Shown one piece after another: positions 1-13,300 of a DNA stretch of 64,000 nucleotides. The notes below the pieces were generated by a model, which had not been told where the DNA came from, searched no databases, and was given only the letters and a program-made list of their open reading frames with translations. The translations under genes were made by a program, and so were the position numbers. Every line of letters begins with the position of its first letter. The first letter of the stretch is position 1. Source of the DNA: Malacoraja senta (lineage: Eukaryota); assembly GCA_038087875.1 (NCBI GenBank), contig CM075988.1:26848001-26912000 (forward strand), given 5' to 3'.

Positions 1-1105
1 TGTAAATTAATGGGCATTTAAATCATCTTGTGAGTGAGGATTTCTGGAACACGATCTTTTGGAACGTTCATTTGCGGTGAATTTAACCCCGTATTGGCAT
101 GAAAAATACTGCCGTTAGTTCGGGGAATAAAATCACTTTCGCAAGAAAAAATATGAATTAAAGGCTTCTTAAGAAGCACTTTTATACATTTAAATAAACC
201 ACTTTCGTTTACCTGTCCCGTGCGTGAAATCCGTCCCCGTTATCGGTGTTGACGGCTTCAGGAGCTGATTTTAAAGTGACTCCAGCGCTGACATTGTCGA
301 TTTAATAAAAATAAAAAATTCACAAAACGCCCCTAGGAACGATTTTTCAGCAAACGCTTGTACTCCAACGAAATATAATTCAGGACAAGGTAGGAGAAAC
401 CCGCGTTTTAAGCCCGCCCCCCCCTTAAAGGCGCCAAAATCGCGCACACGGCCAGTGGCAGAATTACAGCGCCATTGAAGGTAAGTATTGTAACATACCT
501 ACCTTATATGGGAGTTGCGTGCCTAATTTGTAGGGTAATATGTTAATATTAAGATTTATCTGTTATGCAAAAGCAGTCCTCTGTTAGGATTTGCTATATG
601 AGCAAAATTATTCTATGTAATGATTTGTAAGTTATGTTATTATAATATCATTTATTTAAAGTGTGCCTATTACAATTGTAACTTGCATCTGATTAAATCA
701 CACAGTATTAGATCTTGTATTTCGTATGTTCCTAAACTATGGAGCTGTCACATAAATCGTTCTGCCTTTTCATCTCTCTCTTGTACGTTTTTGTTAACCT
801 ACTCTAATATCTCCTAGTACTAGAAACAAAGAACTACAGATGCTAGTCAGTACACCAATGGACACAAAGTGCTGGAGTAACTGCAGGTCAGGCAGCATCC
901 TCGGTGAACATGTCCTAATATCTCCTGTGTGAATTGGTTTCAAAGTTTGTTCTTGTTATAATTTTGGACACAACTTGAAAATGGAGGGAGAATGTTCTCC
1001 AAAGATGCTGCCTGACCTGCTGAATTACTCCAACATTTTGTGTCTTTTAGAGTACAAAATAATTGCTGTAATTCTCAGATTTTCTACTTTATTCTTTACA
1101 CTTAG

Positions 1106-1305
1106 CCGATCTGGTTGAAGGAATTAGGTCTGATGACTCTGCAATACAAGACGAGGCTTTTCAGAAAGCAGATGAGAAGTTGCTGAAATGTTCTGAAGAA
1201 TCTGAGACAGTAGAAGGATGCAAAGTAAAGGTGAATCGGACATTGATTAACAAGAACCCTTCCTCTCGTGCTCCACCCCAGTATGCTAATCTTCAAGGAG
1301 AATAT
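1106..1305 (+). CDS. TTC12: TTC12 exon ([14 protein letters not shown]...[13 protein letters not shown]...QGEY)
   Basis: cttag acceptor after a pyrimidine tract, GTGAGT donor; resembles human NLIQEMNSDD..CRTTLNKTMI. Confidence 0.85.
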
Positions 1306-4300
1306 GTGAGTCTTCAGCTAAATTGGTCATCAGTAAATGATTTATTGTGTTTTATTTAATATTATAGTTTTTGTTCTAATATATTTAAGTTTGACAATTG
1401 TAATCGTTTTAAAATGTCTGCACTGACATTTCACCCAGAAACAGGCCCTTTGACCCAACTTTTGTATGCCATCCAAGATGCCCCATTGACGTTAGTCCCA
1501 TTTGTCTGTAGTTGGCCCATATCTTTCTCTCTCCCCTTAAACCTACAACCTCTAGTTCTTGATTCCCCTACCAAGGGTAAAAGACTGAGCATTCCTCCTA
1601 TTAATTTCCCTAATATTTTATAAACCTCTATAAGATCACCCCTTAGCCTCCTGAGCTCCAGGAAATAAAGTCCTCACCTGCCTAATCTCTCCCTATAGTT
1701 TAGACCCTCGACCAGTTAACATCCTCATAAATCTTCTCTACGTTCTTTCCGGCTTAATGACATTGTTCCTATGGCAGGGTGAAGTGAACACAGTACCCCA
1801 AATGCGGACTCAACAACGTCTTGTACAACTCTAACGGAATGTCCCAACGTCTATACACAAAACCATAACTGCTGAAGGCCAATGTACCAAAAGCCTTTTT
1901 ACCACCCTATCTACCTGTGCACCTGTACTAGATCCCTGCTGTACAACATCCCCAGAGCCCCACCATTCATTGTGAAGGTTGTGCCCTGATTTGATGTACC
2001 AAAATGCAACACCTCACACTTATTTGCATTAAACTCCATTAGCCATTCATCAGCGGTCGACCTCTTCACTGTCTACAAAACCACCTACTTTAGTATCATC
2101 TGCAAACTTACGAATCATATCTTGCACATTCTCAGCCAGCACATTTCCCTGAGACACGGTACTAGTCACAGGCCTCCAGTCTGAAAAGATCCTTCCACCA
2201 TAACCATGTGTTTCCTTCCATGAAACCTATTCTGTATCTGGTATATTCTGTGTCAGGTTGTTCCTCAGGCGAGGTGTTGCTGTTCCTAGCTCTATGCCTC
2301 CTGGGTGTTAGGAGTCAACTAGATGGGCTCCTGCTCCTGCCCAAGATGGTGTGGTTGGGCTGGGACTGCACATGGCTGGATGGAGTAACAGGCTAGATAC
2401 ATCATCATTTGATCTTGTGTCGGGTAGATGCGTAGAGACATCATTTAAAAGGGTGATGAAGGTGTGGTGAAACAGAGAATCTTACTGCAAATCATAACAG
2501 TGGAAGGAAGTAAATGTTATAATGGGGTGCCACAGATAAAGGCAGTGAACAGTTGCATCTAAGCATGCCTAATTCTGGGGTTGATGGAATGGATTGGTGT
2601 AGAGTATGGGAAGGGTACGGATAGGTTCTGAGAGGGTGTAGAGAATGTTCATTTGGTGGTTCCAAGACGTAGGGAGTGACTAAGTGGGAAAGGTGTTTAA
2701 GAAGGAACTGCAGATGCCGGAAAATCAAAGGTAGACAAAAATGCTGGAGAAACTCAGCGGGTTAGGCAGCATCTATGGAGCGAAGGAAATAGGCAACGTT
2801 TCGGGTCAAGTCTCTTCTTCAGACTGATGTGGGGGGGGGGGGGGCGGGAAGAAGAAAGGAAGAGGCGGAGACAGTGGGCTGAGGGAGAGCTGGGAAGGGG
2901 AGGAGAAAGCAGGGACTACCTGAAATTAGAGAAGTCAATGTTCATACCGCTGGGGTGTAAACTGCCCAAGCGAAATATGAGGTGGTGCTCTTCCAATTTA
3001 CGGTGGTTCTCACCCTGGCCATAAGTGGGAAAGGTGGTTCCGTGGGTGAGAGGGAGAAAACGATGGTACAGGGTTTTCTCAGGATACAACAAGGTGCCTG
3101 AGAACTGTTTGGAATCTGAACTGTTTGTAAGTTGCAAAATGAACGAAAGGTGTCGGACAAAGATGACAGATTTATATTATATCCAAAAAAACTTTAAGAT
3201 ATTGTTCTAAAGTGCAGTGTTGCATTCCTGATTGCTGATTTCAATTATAATAACTTTGCTTCATTATGGTTCATTTGAAGCAAAATAGTCTCTAGCTGCA
3301 GTGAGAAATCCCAACCTTCTCACTCTAGTACTAGGTTGCTGTCATTATCTGAATCATCAAGGTGCCCATCTGTTGGTGACAACTAACATTTTCAAAATCC
3401 TGTCTCTCACAGGAAATGCAGGGGAACAGTGAAATGAGACAAGGTAAGAACGTAATCAAAAAAGGCACAAATTCTGACAAGTTTGTGTGTACCTCTGACG
3501 TAGTCTTTTATTAAAATATCTAAATGAGTAACGTGGTCTCTTCCAAAGCAAATGTGTATATTTATTCTGGAAGCTAGATTGCAAAACACAGTTTATTATG
3601 TGGGATCAGATTTGGTCAAAAAAATGCTTAGAATTTGCAATTGAAAAATTGTAACATGCCTTGTACTATATAATGTGATACCATATGCCTTGCTTCCTGC
3701 AAATATTCTTTATTCAGCAGTGAAGCAATTGCTCTCAGCTGTGGGATAGCTACCCCAAGTAGATAGTGTGTTCAGAGTTGGGGAATGAGGCAAGTTGATG
3801 AGCTTTATCTATCCCTGTGCTATGTCATGTTGGCACTGTCCCCAAATAGGAAATGTCCATTCCCTCCGATGTGTCATACAATCTTGGTGCAAACTAGTAA
3901 AAGAGAGGGTTTAAAGATTTTCATTGCTGAATATTTTGTGTGGCATGTTTTTAGATAATTTCCTATCAATTCTCGAGAAAGATGCAAAGGAGAGAGGAAA
4001 AAGAAGACAAGAAAGTCGAAAGCTAGCCACTGGTGAGCAATTTGTCCATAAATCCTCTTGTGACTGTTATTTCCTACATTATCCCAGGCCCTATGTAATT
4101 TGCAGAAAACACTTTAAGAAATGTGGGGAGAAGACAGAAGGAAATGTAATGTAAACTTTTCATCAATTGCAGCAGTTTTTAAAAGTCAGTGGGTATATTT
4201 ATTTCGGGCTGAGGGTGGGGGAAATACAGCTACATAATGACTTTGGTGCTTTTTTAAATGTTTATATACCTTTGTGCTTTGTTGCTTTGTGGTTTGCATT

Positions 4301-7300
4301 GAGAACCAGCAGTTTAGTTGCCAGTCATCTGTGTGAAGTGAGGACAGGAGAGCAAGTTGGGCAGTACCTGTGATGTAGTACAAAGGGGAACTGCTTGGCC
4401 CCCTTTCACACCCTGTGGTCACGGCATTAATCCCCGAGAGCAGCTCTTCCCTCTTCCCTCTGTGTGGGTAGACGGAGAGGGAGAGGGAAGGAGTGAGCAG
4501 GTATGGATACTGAGACCACATCTCCCATTACTAGGGTTCAAAGACAGCAAAGCAGTTTTTCCTGCACCACTAATGCCTTGTGCTAAAATGTTATGTCAAA
4601 GGTTCAGTACTGAGATATCCATAATTGCTGCAAAATCATTATTTAGGTAGGCCTTACTTATTTGACCTTCTGATTTAAGGCAATATTCCTGTCCTATTTC
4701 TATATCATTATAACAAATGTTTTTATTCAAATCGAGTTCTAGGTTGCTCCTAATTTTGTAGCTTTGGTGTATCCTTGTTCATGTTCTCTCAAACTTTCAT
4801 CATGAATCTATGAAGTGGATGGTTTCATCAACAGCTCATTACTACAGCAAACCCCTTGACTACACCCTGTAAGAAAAATTACCTACCCCTCCATCACTCT
4901 TTCAGTGACTTTGAGCTGACTCATTTTCTCTCATTCCCTGTTCTGATGAAAGGTCTTCAGCCTAAAATGTTATCTCTTTCTCTTTCCACAAATACTACTC
5001 AATAACCTGTACTTTATTGTGTTATTATAGTGGAGAAACTTTGTTTGCTATCCGGACAAATCATATCATACACAAGTACAATGGTAGTGCAGAGAGTAAA
5101 ATGTCAACGTGTAGAATATAGTGTTTCAATTAAAGCATTACATTTACAGAGAAAGTGCAAATTAAGAAGAGAGTGTAAAGTCTGCAATGAGATAGATTGG
5201 GCCGACACCCTATGCATGTGGATGGACCAGTCAGTAAACTGACAGCAGTGGGGAACAAGCTGTTAGTGAATCAGGTGTTACGTGCTTTCAAGTTTAGCTA
5301 TCATCTACCCAACAGGAGAAACAACAATAGGAAAATGGTCCTTGATTTTGCTGGTTGCTTTTAGTTTAGTTTAATTTAGTTTAGAAATACAGCACGGATA
5401 CAGGCCCTTCGGCCCACCGAGTCCGCACCAACCAGCGATCCCCGCACAAGCCACACTAGGGACAATTTACACTAATACCAAGTATAGAAACCCAAGCCAA
5501 TTAACCTACAGACCTGTTTGTCTTTGGAGTGTGGGAGGAAACCGAAGATCTCGGAGAAAACCCAGGGATAACGTACAAACTCCGTACAGACAGCACCCGT
5601 AGTCAGGATTGAACCCGGGTCTCCGGCGTTGCAAGCGCTGTAAGACAACAACTCTAACGCTGCGCCACTGAGCCGCATTTTCCAGGGCAGCACAGGTGTC
5701 CATGGGGGAAGGCAATTTTGTGTGATGAATTGATGGAATTGATGGAGCCCATAATGGAGTGAAATGTTCCCACAGGTTTCTTAAGGCGAAGAATAAGATA
5801 TACAATAAAGGCATTGTTGAAGACGCACATTTTGAGGAGCTTTTCTGAAGAAACATGTAACAAGGGGATTTTTATATCATAGAAACATAGAAACATAGAA
5901 ATTAGGTGCAGGAGTAGGCCATTCGGCCCTTCGAGCCTGCACCGCCATTCAATATGATCATGGCTGATCATCCAACTCGGTATCCCGTACCTGCCTTCTC
6001 TCCATACCCTCTGATCCCTTTAGCCACAAGGGCCACATCTAACTCCCTCTTAAATATAGCCAATGAACTGGCCTCGACTACCCTCTGTGGCAGAGAGTTC
6101 CAGAGATTCACCACTCTCTGTGTGAAAAAAGTTCTTCTCATCTCGGTTTTAAACGATTTCCCCCTTATCCTTAAGCTGTGACCCCTTGTCCTGGACTTCC
6201 CCAACATCGGGAGCAATCTTCCTGCATCTAGCCTGTCCAACCCCTTAAGGATTTTGTAAGTTTCTATAAGATCCCCTCTCAATCTCCTAAATTCTAGAGA
6301 GTATAAACCAAGTCTATCCAGTCTTTCTTCATAAGACAGTCCTGACATCCCAGGAATCAGTCTGGTGAACCTTATCTGCACTCCCTCTATGGCAATAATG
6401 TCCTTCCTCAGATTTGGAGACCAAAACTGTACGCAATACTCCAGGTGTGGTCTCACCAAGACCCTGTACAACTGCAGTAGAACCTCCCTGCTCCTATACT
6501 CAAATCCTTTTGCTATGAAAGCTAACATACCATTCGCTTTCTTCACTGCCTGCTGCACCTGCATGCCTACTTTCAATGACTGGTGTACCATGACACCCAG
6601 GTCTCGCTGCATCTCCCCTTTTCCTAGTCGGCCACCATTTAGATAATAGTCTGCTTTCCTGTTTTTGCCACCAAAATGGATAACCTCACATTTATCCACA
6701 TTATACTGCATCTGCCAAACATTTGCCCACTCACCCAGCCTATCCAAGTCACCTTGCAGTCTCCTAGCATCCTCCTCACAGCTAACACTGCCCCCCAGCT
6801 TAGTGTCATCCGCAAACTTGGAGATATTGCCTTCCAGATATTGGAGATATTGCCTATCCTTTCAGATGGTGAATTCCAGAATATAAATCGCTGTGTAGAT
6901 GTAGTTCTCCCTCACTGTTACATGGTTTCTATTTCCATCTATCTTTACGCTTTTAATCTTTATATAATTTGCTGCAGCATTAAAAGAGAAGGGAAATGCT
7001 GCATTTCAGAAAGAGGACTATGCTACTGCTGTGCAGTACTACACCAAAGGCCTGGAAAAACTTAGAGACTATGAAGCCCTATACACCAATAGAGCACAGG
7101 TATGTACAAACATAAATAATGTTTATTAATGAAACAGTTCACAAAGTAGATGTTAATCGAGGTGAATGTCACATACAGGCTACATCATTTATTTCCTCCT
7201 CGAGGTCACAAGCTGACTCAGGATGATAAAATGAGCTCTAAAAGTCTCTTACTAGCGCCAGAATGTGGCGGTCAGAACAATGAGATTTAGATTTAAATGG

Positions 7301-10300
7301 TGTGGGTGTCTCAGATATGTTTTAAATCATACAATGAATTACTCTAAAGGGTATTTACCGTGGTTGTTCTGCCCGATGGAGGAATAACTAAATCTCACAA
7401 ATAGCAGTCAGTTTGCTTCAGGCAGTTTTAGTCTCGTGAAGTCAGTTCTCCAGGACGTTCACTGAATAATTCCAAAGATACTTAAGATTTATCTAAATTA
7501 TCCAAAAAGGATAATTGGGGTAATTGATATCAAAGGATCATTTAGGGATGAAATTTCCAATTGTGCAGAATGTCCTAGTATTTGCATATATTAATAGTTA
7601 TAATCCTAGTTCTGGACCTAATTCACTGAATCAAACAGACATATCTGGGTGGTTGTCAAAAATAATGGAAATGCTCCCGGATACAGCAGGAATTTATGGT
7701 CAAAGCATGTTTAGAGATAATGTGGAAAAATATAATGCTTTAAAATGTTTAACAAAACTCAGGCTTAACAAAATATCTCAGACAAGGCAAAAGAAAAATC
7801 CACATCTATACAAAATAAAAAGTCGCAGCATGAATTATAAATTATAATAGTTTGAAGATTATTTTTATTACAGCATCACTGTACATTGGAAATTACAACA
7901 TAATATATCTTTTGTCATTGGTATATTAGTTTCTTTAAAATATCCTGAGGTGGATGGTGGGTAGAATGCAAATGATCTGGAATATACTTAACATAAAATA
8001 GGGTCCACTGTGATGCTCCATCTTGGTTATCATAGTCCTAGAGCTATACAGTGTGGAGACAGACCCTTCCGCCCAATGTCCATGCTGACCAAGTAGCCTA
8101 ACTGAGCTAGTCCCACATGCTGAGCTTGGCCTTTTTTCCTCCAGATCCTTTCCTAATCCGTGTTCCTGTTCAAGTGTCTTTTAAATATCATAATTGTCAT
8201 GTGATAGTCGAATTAGGCCATTTGCCCCATCAAGTCTACTCTGCCATTCTATTTTCCTGCCTTCTCCCCATAACCTCTGACACCCATACTAATCAAGAAT
8301 TGTACCCCTACCTCTTCCACTGTTCCACTATGTGTGAAAAGAGTTACTCCTCCGGTCCCTTTTAAGTCTTGCCCTTCTGACCTTAAACCGAGAGCCCTCT
8401 AGTTTTAGACTCCAGAACCCTAGGGGAAAGCCTATAGCTGTTCACCTTATCTGTGCCTTTCATAATGTAATCATCTTCTGTAAGGTCATTCCTCAACCTC
8501 CCACGCTGCAGAGAAAAAAAGTCCTCCCTCGCCTCTCCTTCTAACACAGTACTCAGAATGTGGCCTTAGCAACATCTTGTCTAGCTGTTACATGACGTTC
8601 CAAAACCTGTGCTCAATATTCTGACTGATTGTGGCAAGAATGGCAAATGTTCTTCTTCACCACCCATTCCAAATGTGTCGGCACTTTCATAGAACTGCGC
8701 TCCTGTGCCTCTATGTCTCCCCTTTCTTCCACACTATTCAGGGCCCCACTTACTTTATGTCCTGCCCGAGGGTATGTGGTAGAACAGAGACACAGCTTAC
8801 TCCTCTCTCAAAAAACAATGAGTATTTTTGCATTTATTTAACTATCCATTTTATTGGTGATATATTTTGGAGTTTTATTCATTTAATGAAAATGTCTCCC
8901 TAGTTTTATTACAGTTAATTTGTATATTTGTGATTTTTTTTGTGGTATATGTTTATGACCACCAAATTTGTATTTCCAGGCTTATAATAAACTGGGAAAA
9001 CATGAGGAAGCAATCACTGATTGTGAATGGGCCTTAAAGGTGAGGATAATTCTATCTGAAGTTGGGTTATGATTCTTTGTGCTTCAAATGTCATAGTACT
9101 GACTAGATATTTTAATTTTAGCCACTTCTGTGACTTCTTGTCACAATTTGGCAATAATTTTGGTAAATGTACTTAGGATCCAGTATTCAGGTTCTTTCCG
9201 TTGCTAAGCCATGAGAGGGTGAAGGTTAACATTTAGAGATGTAAGAGACTGCAGATGCTGGAATCTGGAGCAACAAACAAACTGCTGCAGGAACTCAGTA
9301 GGTCGAGCATCATCTATGTGGAGATCCTGCATCTGAGCTCAGCACGGACAGAGACAATGGCCAGTATAAAGAGAAGAGTGGGAGGGTTCAGGAGGTGACA
9401 GATAGACAGAGGAGGGATACAGCCCATCCTCTTGAGATGGGCTTCGTGGTGGATGATGGGGGAGTGTAACTGGAAGATAATATTCAAGGACACAAAGGAT
9501 ACCAGTGCTGGAATCTGACAAATAAAGGTGACATGTCCCTTGGAATAAATATGGGACCTCTCCCCTGTCACTCACATCCTCTGTTCCCTACATGGACAGC
9601 CCTTGTCCAGTAATTATTTCTTGGTGTGAGGCAGCCAATGCTGTTACTCATTTTAATTCATCTAGTTTGTAATTCTTGTGCAGGTGACCTGATCAGGAGT
9701 TAGTGCTTAAATGGAACTATATTTTAGTGCACGATAAATAGTGCAATCCAATTTCTAAGCAGGGCAAGGAAAAATCATTTTGCCTTTTCAGTATTACCAT
9801 GGAAACTTGAATGTCTACTGCACCGTTTCAACGTGTGAATGAGGCTGTATTTGATAGAACCATAGACGGTGCAGGGCTCCCCATATGTTGCACTGGAATA
9901 TCAGTGTCATTTTGGCGTTTCAAAATATGCTGCAACCTATAAGCTAATGGATGACTAGCAACAAACTGATTCAAGTGGAGTACAGTTACATTATTTTTGG
10001 TCATTTAACTTGCTACTCTTTATGATTTCAGTGCAATGAGAATTGCGTGAAGGCCTATGTCCATATGGGAAAAGCCAACCTAGGTTTAAAGAAATATGAG
10101 GAGGTAAGATGGCATCAGTCAGTTACATTTTCAATTACATCTTTCTTTGATTTGATAGATTTGATATCAGTCATCTTTCAAATGTAAGTTGTTCAATCAA
10201 TTAAATGGAAAGTATGATGGCCAATACAAATAATTTGCTGCTGCTTTTGCCATTTTCCTCCTTTGGTCAAGTAGAGATTGAGTTTGTAATAGATTAAAAC

Positions 10301-13300
10301 CACTTAACCATTGTTTATTTATTTCCACTTTGGGGTATTCCATATGATATGTTAATTCCGTCTGATATGTTAATATTCAATAAACCTTTTTTGCTTAAAA
10401 TTATTTCACTGCCATTGCATTCATAATACTTTGCTGAAGTATAAAAGCCTAAACCAGAGGGGAAACAAAGTTTGTTTTTATGGCTGATTTTTAAAGGAAA
10501 TGTGCAGTGAAGCCGTAGGACAAATACATTTTTGATTAAAGTTACAGGTTTTTAATGATTCCAGACATAATTAAAACTGCACCAAAGCTCAGATGTTTTC
10601 ATCTTAATTTAAGTTAGCTTTTCATATCTGACCCCCTCCCCTCCCCCACATAAAACAGAGAACCTTAACACAAACTTTTTAAAACACACTAAAAATAACA
10701 AAAAATACGAAAAGACAGACTGTTGGCGAGGCTGCCATCGCTAACGGCGCCAACTGGTGGAATGCCTGGCTTTGTCAAACTTTCACCTCTTCTAGCTTTC
10801 TCTGCCCTACTACAATCAGTACAAGGTACCAGTACGGGGTTGGTATTGATGGCACTGCCCTGAGCTGGTTCATCTCCTACCTCAAAGGTAGGAGTTTCTC
10901 GACTAACATAGGCAACTCTTTCTCCTCCCCAGCTAATCTCTGCTGTGGGGTTCCACAAGGTTCCATCCTTGGCCCTATTCTCTTCTCCCTGTATATGCTC
11001 CCCTTAGGCCAAGTCATTGAAAGGCACGGCATTTCCTTCCATTGCTACGCAGACGATACACAACTCTATCTCCCCCTGAAGCCCAAAAACCAATCAAATC
11101 TGCTTAACCTTACCCACTGCCTCGAGGATATAAAGTGTTGGATGGCCCAGAACTTCCTCCAACTAAACGAGAGTAAGTCTGAGATCATCCTTCTCGGCCC
11201 CTCGGACTCAATCAAAATGATAGCAGGCAGCCTTGGAAGCCTTACCCCACTACTCAAACCTCACGTCAAAAACCTTGGCGTGATATTTGACTCAGCACTG
11301 AAATTTGACAAACAAGTCAATGCCGTGGTAAAAACAAGTTTCTTTCAGCTACGGACGATAGCTAAAATAAAACAATTGCTCCACTTTGATGACCTCGAAA
11401 AGATCATCCACACATTTATCTCCTCCCGCCTAGATTACTGCAACTTCCTTAACATTGGCATCAGCCAATCTTCCCTGTCCCGCCTGCAACTGGTGCAAAA
11501 CGCCGCAGTGAGACTCCTGACGGGCACCCGAAAAAGGGACCACATCACCCCGATCCTGGCCTCTCTCCACTGGCTCCCTGTGCGGTTCCGTATACATTTC
11601 AAGATCCTCTTCTATGTCTACAAAGCCCTCAATGGGCTTGCCCCCACCTACATTAAAATTCTTCTTACCCACCACTCCACCTCCAGGTCCCTCAGATCGT
11701 CCAACTTGGGGTTGCTGAATATCCCGCGGTCTAGGCATAAGCTCAGGGGCGACCGCGCCTTTGCGGTTGCAGCCCCTAGACTGTGGAACAGCATCCCCCT
11801 TTCCCATCAGAACTGCCCCCTCCATCGACTCCTTTAAGTCAAGACTAAAAACTTATCTATACTCCCAAGCCTTTCTTGACGTCCTCTGAGCGAGGGCTAT
11901 ATGTATATATGTATGTAGTTTGTTTGTTTATACTATTCTGATAACAAATGTAAAGCACTTTGGCCAACGAGAGCTGTTTTTTAAATGTGCTATATCAATT
12001 AATGTGACTTGACTTGAAGGGTCCTGACCTAAAATGTCACCTATCCACATTCTCCAGAGATGCTGCCTGACATGCTGAGTTACTCCAGCCATTGCATTTC
12101 CTTGTGTCTGCAGAATACTTTGTCTACAACATCATATAGTATTCCCATTCTTATAAAATAATGTTATTTTATTTGAGAAACAGCAGGCTGTTCAACTAAT
12201 TTCCGTACTTATAAGGAAGATGTTTCCAGGGCTGTTTTATTTTGAGGTACCGATAACTGTATCAACCTTGCTGTCACAGTTGCTGAGTTTCAATAATGTG
12301 TTTCACTGGAGTGATCAATGAAGTGATCAGGAGTAAGTAATTATGAGTGTTGCAGAAAATGTCTGATCCAAATGGGGTTCTGTTCCCTACCAGGCTCGAC
12401 AGTGTTATCAGAAGATAATCACAATTGATCCAAGTCGGGAGATGCTAGTGAGAGGTATGAGAAATATTGGCCGTAAGAAGGATCAAATAATCACTTTGGT
12501 CCAGTGAAGAGAATAGTGTGTGCCTATTTATGTATTAATCAAGCTGTGCTATTTAGACCTTTGGGTTAGAGTTAGTGGAGCTTTCCCATGATAAGATGCC
12601 TGAGGTCCTAATTCGGACTTGGTTGTTCCTAGGGAGGATAGCATTTGGGATGCTATGTTTGGACGGGATCTCAGACTATAGATGAGGAAATTAAGCTCTA
12701 ATCACTATCCAGTAATTTTTGTTATAATCTTCAATGACATTTTTTTAAATTCATGAATCCAGATATTCTGTAAGTGAGCCTTTTTAAGTTTAGTACATGG
12801 GATTTATTATATTCTTTAAAGAAACAGAAAACCCCTCAGTTTAATGTCTCATTAGAAAGACTCCATCTCCACTGAGCAGCACTACCTCACTACAGTACAG
12901 GTGAGCTTTGTTGTTTGTGTTCAGGTCTCTGGCATGAGACTTCAGATTCAGATTCAGATTCAGATTCAACTTTATTGTCATTGTGCAGTGTACAGTACAG
13001 AGACAACGAAATGCAGTTAGCATCTCCCTAGAAGAGCGACATAAATATGAGCAGTAAATAAATAAATCTAATAAATCCTGGTGGGAGGAGTGTCCGGGGG
13101 GGGGGGGTGTGATTGGCAGTCACCGAGGTACAGTGTTGAGTAGTGTAACCGCCGCAGGGAAGAAGCTGTTCCTGGACCTGCTGGTCCGGCAACGGAGAGA
13201 CCTGTAGCGCCTCCCGGATGGTAGGAGGGTAAACAGTCTGTGGTTGGGGTGAGAGCAGTCCTTGGCGATGCTGAGCGCCCTTCGCAGACAACGCTTGCTT

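Noticed and set aside
420..486. Strong donor at 480/481 as the first coding exon of TTC12
   Set aside because: No ATG and an upstream stop in the required phase; no similarity to the expected N-terminal ...FLKNVDEI peptide
1278..1286. Alternative TTC12 donor CCA|GTATGC
   Set aside because: Out of frame with both the micro-exon and the 78-nt exon
5600..5670. tRNA gene (box A/box B) on the minus strand
   Set aside because: It is the head of a V-SINE, contiguous with the V-domain and tail and repeated at 22.3, 40.9 and 57.7 kb
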